Source: Candidatus Binatia bacterium
GTDB taxonomy: Bacteria > Desulfobacterota > Binatia > UBA9968 > JAJDTQ01
DNA length: 64,000 nt
Direction: 5' to 3'
NCBI GenBank assembly: GCA_022823055.1
Contig: JAJDXX010000003.1
Location: forward strand, 8,719 to 72,718
Below the pieces are notes generated by a model. The model was not told the origin of the DNA and did not search any database. It was given only the letters and a program-made list of their open reading frames with translations. Within the stretch, counting starts at the first letter, position 1; every line of letters begins with the position of its first letter. A program made the translations under genes and the position numbers. Shown one piece after another: positions 26,346-35,070 of the stretch.

Positions 26346-27407
26346 ATGCTTACGCCGGGAGTCGTGGCCCTGGCGATGACGACTGTGGCCGGGTTCGTTG
26401 TCCTTTACACCATCATCGGCGCAGCCGGGACCCACGCGACGCTCGCTTGGCAGCAGCGCTTGGCATTCTGGGGTATCGCCGCCGTCTTCTGTTTCCCCGT
26501 CTGCTACTCCAAAAGCGTCCTCGCGCTCTACCTGGCCGGTTCCCGGCCGTTTCCACAGGTTCTGCTGGCGCTTTCGGCTGCGACCGTGATATCGGCGTTA
26601 CCGGCCACGGCGTTGGTCTATACCCTCGACCGTGTCTGGCTGCCCACCCATGCCTCGGATGACTTAGGCGCACTTTACCTTTGGGTGTTCGCACCGATGC
26701 TCATTGGCAGCGTGTTTATTCTCCACGTCATTTCGCGGAGTTCCAAGCGTCCCGACCCCGTGGACGCGGCCGCGGTGAGCGCCGCCGGCCGCCTCGTACC
26801 CCTTCCGAGCGCCGTCGCATCCGGCGAGCCGCCCCTGACGGGCTCCCCCGTTGATGGACCCGCGCCTCAATCCCCGTTCCTGGGACGGCTGTCCGCCCAA
26901 CCGGACGCCGACCTGATCTACCTCAAGATGAACGATCACTACGTGGAAGCGGTCACCTCCGCGGGCAGCGAGATCATCCTGATGCGCTTCGCCGACGCGG
27001 TGGCCGAGCTTGCCGGCATGGGAATGCAGGTGCATAGATCCTACTGGGTCTCTTATCGCAACGTGGTGAGGCTGGAGAAGGACCGGCACCGCCGGTACGT
27101 GGAACTGGCGGGAGCGCACAAGATACCCGTAAGCCGGACCTACCTCCCGGCGGTGCGCCTGGCCGTCGAAGGCTTGGCTGCAGGGGGCGCGGCCCGTCCC
27201 CGGACCTGGACATCCGGCGCGACCCCGGACCCTGAAAGCGCCGGGACCGGGGCGGGAGGACCGCGTCCATCGTCGAAGGACCCCGTGCCGACGACACCAC
27301 CGCAACGTCAACCCACGGCCGAAGAGAGGATTCCCCTTCGGAACGACCTTATCCACACGGCGGACATCGCCTCCAGGCAGAACCCGCAAACGTCACGTCC
27401 GCAATAG
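26346..27407 (+). CDS. Membrane-anchored LytTR-domain DNA-binding protein with disordered Pro/Gly/Thr-rich tail
   Basis: ~5 TM helices, then 'LIYLKMNDHYVEAVTSAGSEIILMRFADAVAEL....VHRSYWVSYRNVVRLE...IPVSRTY' (LytTR). The start could instead be GTG 26253. Confidence 0.8.
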   Translation: MLTPGVVALAMTTVAGFVVLYTIIGAAGTHATLAWQQRLAFWGIAAVFCFPVCYSKSVLALYLAGSRPFPQVLLALSAATVISALPATALVYTLDRVWLPTHASDDLGALYLWVFAPMLIGSVFILHVISRSSKRPDPVDAAAVSAAGRLVPLPSAVASGEPPLTGSPVDGPAPQSPFLGRLSAQPDADLIYLKMNDHYVEAVTSAGSEIILMRFADAVAELAGMGMQVHRSYWVSYRNVVRLEKDRHRRYVELAGAHKIPVSRTYLPAVRLAVEGLAAGGAARPRTWTSGATPDPESAGTGAGGPRPSSKDPVPTTPPQRQPTAEERIPLRNDLIHTADIASRQNPQTSRPQ

Positions 27408-27459
27408 TGGCCGATCCGGTTCATTCGCTTGTATGCGGGCACGGAGTCGCTCCCGCGGC

Positions 27460-28833
27460 CTACCCCGGCGGCCGGCGCTCGAACCAGCGGGCATCCTGCT
27501 GGTAGGCGTAGCCCACCCTCAGCAGCGTGGACTCGGCGAAAGCCTTGCCCCAGAACTGCATGCCCACCGGCAGGCCCTTGGAGTTGAAGCCGGACGGGAT
27601 GGCCAGCGCCGGAACGCCCGCGAGGTTGGCCGGCGACGGGTAGTCGGGGCGCAGCATCTTGTTCACCGCGTCCAGTCCGTCCAGTTCCGCGGCCAGCGGC
27701 GCGGCCGTCGGATTGGTCGGAAGGGCCATCACGTGGACCTCGCGGAACACGTGGTTGAACTCCCGCCGGAGCCGGCTCCGCATCCGCTGGGCCTGGACGT
27801 AGTCGCCGCTGGTGGACACCGCGCCGATGAACAGGCGCGCGCGGCGGGACTCCGAAGCCTCGCCCGACATGGCCGCGTCCATGTCCGCCCGGCAGATGTT
27901 GTAGAACTCGCAGGAGTAGATCAGACCGTTGGCGATGGTGGCGTACTCCATGCTCGGCACCGTCACGTCCCGGATCTTGGCGCCCAGGGAATCCAGGGCC
28001 GCCAGCGCCTGGTCGAACAACTCCAGGACCTCGGGGTCCGTGTCCATGAGCTTGAAATAATCCCGCGGCACGCCGACGACCATGCCCGAAACCCCGGCGC
28101 GCAGGTCCGCGCTGTAGTCGGAAACCTCCACCGGACTCGAGGTGGGGTCCCTGGGGTCAAAGCCGGCCAGGACCTGGAGCATGTGCGCGAGGTCCTCCAC
28201 CACCCGGGTCATGGGGCCGGCGGTGTCCAGCGACCAACCCAGCGGCGCCAGCCCGAACCTGCTGACCCGCCCGTAGGTGGGCTTCAGGCCGGATATGCCG
28301 CAGAAGGACGCGGGGTTGCGGATGGATCCCGCAGTGTCCTCGCCCAGCGAGCCCATGCACAGCCCGCCGGCGATGCCGGCGCCGGAGCCGGTGCTGGAGC
28401 CGCCGGGCACATGGTCGAGGTTCCAGGGGTTGCGGGCAGCCTCGATGCCGCCGGGAAGCCCGCTCATGTTGAGCTTGCCGAGCAGCACCGCGCCCGCCTC
28501 GCGCAGGCGGCGCACCGCGGTGCAGTCTTCTCCCGGTCCCGCCGGTTGCGGGATGCGCACCATGGAGAGTGCGCCCCGGACGTCGTACTGGTCCTTCACC
28601 GCGAAGGGAATCCCGTGCAACGGCCCCCGATAGCGGCCGTTCATGATTTCCTGCTCCGCCGCGCGCGCCTCCGCCAGCGCACTTTCCTCCATGAGGTTCA
28701 CGTAGGCGTGCAGGTCGCCGTCCACGGCGTGAATCCGGTCGAGATAGGCTTGCGTCAACTCCACGGGCGATACCTCGCGCTTTTGCAAGCGCGGGGCGAT
28801 GCTGTCAATGCTGGAAAAACACAAATCCGACAT
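27460..28833 (-). CDS. Amidase (amidase-signature family) paralog 2, AtzE/GatA-like
   Basis: 'GIPFAVKDQ' and 'GGSSTGSGAGIAGG..GEDTAGSIRNPAS'. Confidence 0.9.
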   Translation of the reverse strand: MSDLCFSSIDSIAPRLQKREVSPVELTQAYLDRIHAVDGDLHAYVNLMEESALAEARAAEQEIMNGRYRGPLHGIPFAVKDQYDVRGALSMVRIPQPAGPGEDCTAVRRLREAGAVLLGKLNMSGLPGGIEAARNPWNLDHVPGGSSTGSGAGIAGGLCMGSLGEDTAGSIRNPASFCGISGLKPTYGRVSRFGLAPLGWSLDTAGPMTRVVEDLAHMLQVLAGFDPRDPTSSPVEVSDYSADLRAGVSGMVVGVPRDYFKLMDTDPEVLELFDQALAALDSLGAKIRDVTVPSMEYATIANGLIYSCEFYNICRADMDAAMSGEASESRRARLFIGAVSTSGDYVQAQRMRSRLRREFNHVFREVHVMALPTNPTAAPLAAELDGLDAVNKMLRPDYPSPANLAGVPALAIPSGFNSKGLPVGMQFWGKAFAESTLLRVGYAYQQDARWFERRPPG

Positions 28834-28863
28834 GTCCGTTCCTCGTTGTTCCGCGAAACGCTC

Positions 28864-29058
28864 CTACCGGTCCTCGTCCGTCTCGGGCCGGAAGATCCCA
28901 CCCACCTGCTCGCCGGCCAGGTTGATGGAGTGAAGCTTGTCCAGGCTCTCCATGTAGTCTTCCAGCATCGGGATGAAGCGCGCACGATCGCTCTCGGCCA
29001 TCTCCAGACCGGCCCGGCGCAGCAGCCGGCTCAGGGTTTCCTCGGTGTCCTTGTCCAT
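28864..29058 (-). CDS. Small GatC/AtzG-like subunit (64 aa)
   Basis: 'LLRRAGLEMAESDRARFIPMLEDYMESLDKLHSINLAGEQVGGIF' has GatC-like helix-loop layout. It ends 30 nt upstream of amidase 2. Confidence 0.6.
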   Translation of the reverse strand: MDKDTEETLSRLLRRAGLEMAESDRARFIPMLEDYMESLDKLHSINLAGEQVGGIFRPETDEDR

Positions 29059-29098
29059 GACGAACCTCCTGTACTAGACAATGTTGAAGCGTTCCGCC

Positions 29099-29845
29099 TC
29101 ACCCCAGATCGCCCCACAGCAACTGGACGGCACAGACGGCAGCCACGGCCGCGGTCTCGGTGCGCAGGATGCGCCTGCCCAAGCCCACCGTGTGAAATCC
29201 GTGGGCGGCGGCCCGCGATGCCTCCTCCTCGCTGAAGCCTCCTTCCGGCCCCACCACCACGAGCACGGAACGCAGGTTGCCGAACTCGGCCTTCAGCGAG
29301 GCGAGGCCCCGTCCGGACGAGCCTTCCCAGAACAGCAACTGGGCGTCGCACTGCCAGTCTCGCGCAAGCATCGCGTCGAACCGGTCCGGCTCGCGAATCT
29401 CGGGAATCCGGGTGCGACCGGATTGTCCGGCCGCCGCAACGGCGATGTTGCGCCAGCGCTCGCGCCGGCGCTCGCCCTTTTCGCCCGCGAACCGGGGCAC
29501 GGTGTACGACGAGAAGAACGGCGCCACGCACGCCACCCCCAGCTCCGTGGCCTTCTCCACGATCCAGTCCATCTTGTCGCCTTTGCCCACGGCCTGGGCC
29601 AGGGTGACGGCCAGGGGTGACTCCCGCTCAGGGCGATAGGACCGTACCACGGTCATGGCGGCAACTCCACCTTCATAGGCGCGGATCAGGGCCTCGTGCT
29701 CGGTCCCGGCGCCGTCCCACAGCAGCACCCGGGCGCCGGGCTTGAGCCGCAGGACCTTCCGCATGTGGGCGAGCTCCTCGCCGCCGACAGTGGCGGCGCC
29801 GTCGCGCACGGCATCCGCCGGAACCAGGAAACGCGGAAGGCTCAT
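29099..29845 (-). CDS. rsmE: 16S rRNA (uracil1498-N3)-methyltransferase
   Basis: 'MSLPRFLVP', 'HMRKVLRLKPG' and 'VVVGPEGGFSEEE'. Start overlaps the prmA stop. Confidence 0.9.
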   Translation of the reverse strand: MSLPRFLVPADAVRDGAATVGGEELAHMRKVLRLKPGARVLLWDGAGTEHEALIRAYEGGVAAMTVVRSYRPERESPLAVTLAQAVGKGDKMDWIVEKATELGVACVAPFFSSYTVPRFAGEKGERRRERWRNIAVAAAGQSGRTRIPEIREPDRFDAMLARDWQCDAQLLFWEGSSGRGLASLKAEFGNLRSVLVVVGPEGGFSEEEASRAAAHGFHTVGLGRRILRTETAAVAAVCAVQLLWGDLG

Positions 29846-30699
29846 GGCTCCTTCCGGAGCAGCAGCGTGCTCCACTCCTTGCGGTCCTTGCGCCGCACCA
29901 GCCGGAAACCGTGGAAGCGCCGCCGGACCGCCGGGACGTGGTCGTGGAGCAGCCCGGACAGGATCAGCGAGCCGCGGGCGTCCACGCGCCGGGTCAGCGG
30001 GCCGGCCATCTCCAGCAACGTCTCCAGGATGATGTTCGCCACCACCAGCGGAAACCGGCGCCGCAGCCGGCCGACGCTCGCGTCGCTCAACGTCACCGCA
30101 CCGTCGATGCCGTTAAGCTGGAGATTCGCCCGGGCCGCGTTGAGGGCCACGGGGTCGTTGTCCAGCGCCAGCACCTCGCGAACCCCTAACCGGGCCATCC
30201 CGATGGCGAGAATTCCCGACCCCGTACCCACGTCCAAGGCTTTTCCGGGCGACTTCTCGGCACAAATCTGGTCGATGAGTTCGAGACAGCAGCGGGTGGT
30301 CTCATGGGTGCCGGTGCCGAACGCCATGGCCGGCTCGATGAAAATCAAATGGCGACCGTCTTCCTTCGGACGAATCCATGGCGGCGCCACGATGAAGCTT
30401 CGGCCGATCCTTTGAGGCTTGAAGTATCCGCGCCAGGCGTCGTGCCAGTTCTTCTCCGCGATCACGCGCCAGCGAGTGCGGCCCACGAGCCCGTCGGGGA
30501 AGATGTCCCGGAGCCCGCGCAGATACCGCCGAACCAGGGGCCTGAGAGCCGTGCCGTCGGCGGTGCCCGGAAAGAACGCGCGCAGGGAGCGGTCGCCGCA
30601 GACGATTCCGGTAGATCCCTGCTCCACCAGGAAACTCGATATGGTGTCCTGCACCGGGCCCTGGGCCTGGACGGAAAGCTCAAGCCAGCGGACTGCCAT
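29842..30699 (-). CDS. prmA: Ribosomal protein L11 methyltransferase
   Basis: 'WHDAWRGYFKPQRIG', 'AFGTGTHETTRCCLE' and 'LDVGTGSGILAI'. Confidence 0.93.
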   Translation of the reverse strand: MAVRWLELSVQAQGPVQDTISSFLVEQGSTGIVCGDRSLRAFFPGTADGTALRPLVRRYLRGLRDIFPDGLVGRTRWRVIAEKNWHDAWRGYFKPQRIGRSFIVAPPWIRPKEDGRHLIFIEPAMAFGTGTHETTRCCLELIDQICAEKSPGKALDVGTGSGILAIGMARLGVREVLALDNDPVALNAARANLQLNGIDGAVTLSDASVGRLRRRFPLVVANIILETLLEMAGPLTRRVDARGSLILSGLLHDHVPAVRRRFHGFRLVRRKDRKEWSTLLLRKEP

Positions 30700-30789
30700 G
30701 CTTTCGTTCTATGCCAACGCCCGTTGACGGGCAACCGAGCGACGCGATCATGAGATTAATGATGCATGCAAGCGACGGCCGGGACCGCA

Positions 30790-30818
30790 TGGACTTTGCC
30801 CTGGAAGCAAGCTAGAAT
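30790..30818 (+). promoter_or_regulatory. Promoter candidate giving a leaderless or near-leaderless DUF1640 mRNA
   Basis: TGGACT (30790-30795) - 17 nt - TAGAAT (30813-30818). ATG lies only 6 nt after the -10 and there is no SD. Confidence 0.35.
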
Positions 30819-30824
30819 TTCACC

Positions 30825-31079
30825 ATGAGCACCGTCGCATTCGACACACACGCTTTCGTGAAGGAGCTGACCGGCGCCGGCATACCGGAAGAGCAGGCGG
30901 AGGTGCTGGCACGGTCGCAGGCGGCGCTCATCGACGAAAACCTCGCCACAAATCAGGACCTGGAGAAGTTGGAGCTGAAGCAGGACTTGAAGGAGTTGGA
31001 ACTGCGGCTGACCATCCGTCTCGGATCGATGATGGTGGTGGCAGTCGGGGTGGTCGTTGCGTCAGTGAAGCTCCTGTAG
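30825..31079 (+). CDS. DUF1640 (CCDC90-like) coiled-coil protein with C-terminal TM helix
   Basis: 'FDTHAFVKELTGAGIPEEQAEVLA', a coiled-coil 'LEKLELKQDLKELELRL' and 'GSMMVVAVGVVVASVKLL'. Confidence 0.75.
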   Translation: MSTVAFDTHAFVKELTGAGIPEEQAEVLARSQAALIDENLATNQDLEKLELKQDLKELELRLTIRLGSMMVVAVGVVVASVKLL

Positions 31080-31091
31080 CCGGGAGCGGCC

Positions 31092-32186
31092 ATGAAATTC
31101 CCCGAGATCAGGGAAACGCCCGCCTTCTACGACGCCGGCCACGCCGGTGACTTTTCATACACCCCGGACCGTATGGCGGTCTTCAATGAAGCAAGCCGGT
31201 TCCGGCATGAGTTCAATCTCGCGCCGGCAGTGGCGGACCCCAAGCGGGTCGATCTGCTCCTCATCGACGTGCAGCGCGACTTCTGCCACCACGAAGGCAC
31301 GTTGTACGTCGGCGGGCGGAGCGGACAGGGAGCGGTCGAGGACACCCGGCGCATAGCGGAGTTCATTTATCGCAACCTAGCGCGCATCACCCACATCCGC
31401 TGCACTCTGGACAGCCACAACAACTTCCAGATCTTCTTCCCCTGGTTCTGGGTGGACTCCCACGGGGAACCTCTCGGACCTCACACACTCATCACGGTCG
31501 ATGGCCGCGACGCCAGGCAGATGGTGAACATCGACCCTCTTGGCAACGTGCTCAAAGAGAATGTCGTTCCCAACCCCGCCATCACCTCCTGGGTCACCGA
31601 CAAGGGCTACGACTGGCTGGTGGAGCAGTGCCGCTTCTACAACCGGGAGTTGGCGGCGGGGGGACGCTACACGCTGTACCTGTGGCCGCCGCACTGCCTG
31701 GTGGGCAGCCCGGGCCACACGGTCACCGGCGTGGTGGACGAGGCCAGGACGCTGCATTCCCTCGCCCGGGCGTCACAGTCCTGGGAGGAAATCAAGGGGA
31801 CCCACCACCTGACGGAGAACTACTCGGTGCTGCGTCCCGAGGTGCTGACCACCTGGGACGGCGGCGTCCTGGCCGAGAGGAACGTCCGGTTCTACAGGAC
31901 CCTGGTGGAGGCGGACGCCCTGATCGTGGCGGGACAGGCGGCCAGCCACTGCGTCAAGAGCACGGTGCAGGACCTGATGGAAGAGATACGGCAGGACAAC
32001 CCATCACTCGCGCAAAAAGTCTACCTCATGACCGACTGCATGTCGTCGGTGGTGGTACGGACCGAGAACGGCGACATCGCCGCCGACTTCACCGAATCCG
32101 CCGAGCAGACCCTGGACCAGGCCGCGGCCGCGGGCATGCACCTGGTGAAATCCACAGAGCCGATGGAGAGCTGGCCGGGGATGTAA
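31092..32186 (+). CDS. Long isochorismatase/nicotinamidase-family hydrolase (364 aa)
   Basis: 'DLLLIDVQRDFC', 'YLWPPHCLVGSPGH' (nicotinamidase-type WPxHC) and 'VAGQAASHCVKST' candidate nucleophile Cys. Confidence 0.75.
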   Translation: MKFPEIRETPAFYDAGHAGDFSYTPDRMAVFNEASRFRHEFNLAPAVADPKRVDLLLIDVQRDFCHHEGTLYVGGRSGQGAVEDTRRIAEFIYRNLARITHIRCTLDSHNNFQIFFPWFWVDSHGEPLGPHTLITVDGRDARQMVNIDPLGNVLKENVVPNPAITSWVTDKGYDWLVEQCRFYNRELAAGGRYTLYLWPPHCLVGSPGHTVTGVVDEARTLHSLARASQSWEEIKGTHHLTENYSVLRPEVLTTWDGGVLAERNVRFYRTLVEADALIVAGQAASHCVKSTVQDLMEEIRQDNPSLAQKVYLMTDCMSSVVVRTENGDIAADFTESAEQTLDQAAAAGMHLVKSTEPMESWPGM

Positions 32187-32265
32187 GCGGCACACGCTGT
32201 CTATTCGGGACACCTGCTCAACAAGAAATGAAATCGGGCTGTCGTCTTCTCGTGACACGGCACGT

Positions 32266-33189
32266 TCAAACCGTGCCCGCCACTTCAAGGAACCGCTCGT
32301 ATCGCCTGGAAAGGAACTCGACGGAGGGTCGGTCCGCGGGTCTGCGGGGGAGTGCGATGGGCTGATCGTGTAGCCCCTGAATCGCGTGTTGAAGTGTCGG
32401 ACCGTCGAATTCCTTGAGAATGTCCGTACGCACTTCAATGGTCCTGTCGGGCCGCACCGCTACGAAGAAGCGGTCAAACGTGGCGTGGTGTAGTCGACAA
32501 AGCGCCAGTCCGTTGCTCACAACCGGCTCTCCATCCGGTTCCGTGTCCGGGATGATGTGCGCGGCATCAAGCAGTTCGCCATGACGCAGGCGGCAGAATG
32601 CACACTGATGACGGTACGCGCGAAGCACCCTCTCGCGGAATGCCCGTTGGTGCAGCCGGCGCACCGCCGTTGTGGTCAGGTACTCCCGCCGAGCATCGGC
32701 AATGGTTCCGGTGTCGTAAGGGGCTTGCGAGAACAACTCACGCCGATCAGGATCGTCTACCGCGATGGAGAAAGCGAGATACTCCGGCGCGTCACGGACG
32801 ACGTATACCGGCCAGATCGCCAAATACCTGCTCCGAACGATCCCGTGAAAATAGGCGAGAGGGAGATTGTGTTGCATCGCGAACCGCAGGCCAACATTGT
32901 CGCGGTGTTGAGGATTCGTTCCACGATAACGGTACCTCAACAGACCGTCGTAACCCATCTCATCGTCGTACGGCCCGTGGGGAGCGGTGGTGATGGAAAG
33001 GGGTACGGCCAGGACAGCAGGCTTGAATATGCCTTGCGGGCTGACCAACGGTACACGGCGTTGATCAAACACGAAACCCGTAGCGAGCCTGTCGCGCGAC
33101 AATACGTCCCCGTGGATTGAGACCTCGTGCGCGAGCCACTCAAAAGCGGCGTTTCTCACTCTCGCATCGTAATCCCGGTCGAATTCCAT
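32266..33189 (-). CDS. HNH (HNH_2-type) endonuclease with N-terminal SRA/PUA-like domain; putative modification-dependent (Type IV-like) nuclease
   Basis: C-terminal 'CAFCRLRHGELLDAAHIIPD....SNGLALCRLHHATFDRFFV'. N-terminal 'PQGIFKP..PLSITT..GPYDDEMGYDGLLRYRYRG..NVGL..NLPLAYFHG' resembles the SRA pattern. Confidence 0.75.
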   Translation of the reverse strand: MEFDRDYDARVRNAAFEWLAHEVSIHGDVLSRDRLATGFVFDQRRVPLVSPQGIFKPAVLAVPLSITTAPHGPYDDEMGYDGLLRYRYRGTNPQHRDNVGLRFAMQHNLPLAYFHGIVRSRYLAIWPVYVVRDAPEYLAFSIAVDDPDRRELFSQAPYDTGTIADARREYLTTTAVRRLHQRAFRERVLRAYRHQCAFCRLRHGELLDAAHIIPDTEPDGEPVVSNGLALCRLHHATFDRFFVAVRPDRTIEVRTDILKEFDGPTLQHAIQGLHDQPIALPRRPADRPSVEFLSRRYERFLEVAGTV

Positions 33190-33245
33190 GAAGTCGCTAT
33201 CCCGGCCATCAACGGTCTGACAGGATGACGCCCCGACGGTCGCCG

Positions 33246-34412
33246 CTACCCGTCTTCCAGGACCTCCTTGACACGCTGAAGAAACCGGGCGCCGATGGCG
33301 CCGTCCACGACGCGGTGGTCGGCGGAAAGGGTCATGGTCATCATGGAGCGGATGGCGATGTCGTCACCGTGGGGGACCACGCGGCGCACGACACGGCCCA
33401 CGGCGAGGATGCCGCATTGCGGCGGGTTGATGATGGCGGTGAAGCGGTCGACGCCGAACATGCCGAGGTTGGAGACCGTGAAGGTGCCGCCCTGGTATTC
33501 GGCAGGGTTGAGCTTTCGGCTTTGAGCCCGGCTCGCCAAGTCGCTGCTGCATCGCGCCAACTCCTCCAGGGGAAGTTTGTCGGCATTGCGGATCACGGGG
33601 ACCACGAGGCCGTCGTCCACGGCAACGGCCATGCCGAGATTGACCTCGCCATGCTGTTCGATTCCCTGGTCCGTCCACGCCGCGTTCATGGACGGTGATT
33701 CCGCCAGCGCCCGGCTCACGGCCTTCAGGATAAAGTCATTGATGGACGGAACCGGCTCCGTCCTCTGCTGCTTCAACGCGTCGCGTCTGGCCTCAACGCC
33801 GGTCATGTCCACTTCCATGTCGAGATAGAAGTGCGGGGCGGTCTGCTTGCTCAGGGTCATGCGCTCGCCGATGATGCGGCGCATGCGGCTTGGCGGGACC
33901 GGGGCGTCCTCGTTGGCGGCAACGCCCGGGGCCATGGACAGGACATCGCGCGCGACCACTGCACCGTCCGGTCCGGTGCCCCGTATGCCGGCGAGTTCCA
34001 ACCCCCTCTCTTTCGCCAGGCGTCTGGCCGCGGGGGACGCAAGCAGCCGGCCGGCGCCGGAGGTTGTCGCGGGAGCCGGCTTTGAAGCGGTGGGGAGTTT
34101 CGCCTTCTTGCGCCCCAGAGCCTTGTGGCGGGAGCCTGTGGCGGGAGCCTTTCCGGCCCGGGACGCCTCTTCCCCCGCTTCCATGATAAGCGCGATGGTC
34201 TGCCCCACGGGGATATCGTCGTCAGCAGCCGCGGTGACGCGTGCCAGGATTCCGGACGCCGGCGCCTCCACCTCCACAACGGACTTGTCCGTCTCCACCT
34301 CCATCAGCATCTCGCCCTTGGTGACGGAGTCGCCTTCCTGCTTGAACCAGCGCACCAGGCGGCCCGTCTCCTGGGTCGCGCCCATGGCCGGCATGATCAC
34401 GTCCACCGCCAT
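33246..34412 (-). CDS. Dihydrolipoamide acyltransferase (E2) of a 2-oxoacid dehydrogenase complex
   Basis: Lipoyl domain 'MLMEVETDKSVVEVEAPASG', E3-binding 'ASPAARRLAKERGLELAGIRGTGPDG', catalytic 'LSADHRVVDG'. Alternative start at 34430. Confidence 0.9.
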   Translation of the reverse strand: MAVDVIMPAMGATQETGRLVRWFKQEGDSVTKGEMLMEVETDKSVVEVEAPASGILARVTAAADDDIPVGQTIALIMEAGEEASRAGKAPATGSRHKALGRKKAKLPTASKPAPATTSGAGRLLASPAARRLAKERGLELAGIRGTGPDGAVVARDVLSMAPGVAANEDAPVPPSRMRRIIGERMTLSKQTAPHFYLDMEVDMTGVEARRDALKQQRTEPVPSINDFILKAVSRALAESPSMNAAWTDQGIEQHGEVNLGMAVAVDDGLVVPVIRNADKLPLEELARCSSDLASRAQSRKLNPAEYQGGTFTVSNLGMFGVDRFTAIINPPQCGILAVGRVVRRVVPHGDDIAIRSMMTMTLSADHRVVDGAIGARFLQRVKEVLEDG

Positions 34413-34498
34413 CGCGCCTCTGTCCTTCAACGATTAGTTGGATGGAACGGAGGGAGGGGGCCCGTGTGTACCTGCCCCTCCCTCCGCCGTGATGCGGA

Positions 34499-35011
34499 TT
34501 ACTCGTAGGTGACGCCCGGAATCGGCTTCTCCAGCACTTCCTCGAGGGTGGTGGCCCGGGACCACTGCTCGGCGGGCCGGCTCTCGCCCTCCCAGCCGAT
34601 CTGGTCCATGGACGCGTAAAGCTCGATCTGAAAGCCGTCGGGATCGGTGAACTCCACTCCCGGGTTGCAGCCGGGGCCACGGCGGCCTTCGTAAAGGATG
34701 GGCACGCCCTTGGCCTTCAGGAAGTCGCGGATCTTGAACAGCTCGGTGACGCTGCCCACCTCCAGGGCGAAATGGTTGAACGCCACCTGGTCCGGCTCGG
34801 GCTGTCCCTTGTTGGACTTGGACGGGAAAAGGGCGACGGCATGGTGGTCCGCCGCGTTCCGGAGAAAGACCATGCCGCGCTCGTTCACGTCGGACACCTT
34901 GAAGCCCATGATCTCCGTCCAGAACTTCGTGCTGCGCTCCAGGTCGCTCACGTTGAACACCACGTGTCCGATCTTCTTGACCTTGACGGGTGTCGTTTCC
35001 TCACTGCTCAT
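34499..35011 (-). CDS. VOC-family protein (extradiol dioxygenase/glyoxalase-like)
   Basis: AAGGAG then ATG 35011. 'IGHVVFNVSDLERSTKFWTEIMGF', 'FNHFALEV' and 'EFTDPDGFQIELY'. Confidence 0.85.
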   Translation of the reverse strand: MSSEETTPVKVKKIGHVVFNVSDLERSTKFWTEIMGFKVSDVNERGMVFLRNAADHHAVALFPSKSNKGQPEPDQVAFNHFALEVGSVTELFKIRDFLKAKGVPILYEGRRGPGCNPGVEFTDPDGFQIELYASMDQIGWEGESRPAEQWSRATTLEEVLEKPIPGVTYE

Positions 35012-35070
35012 GTTCGTCTCCTTTCCGAACCGGTACGGGAACTTTTGAGCCCCGCGTGCTCGACGGTCTC

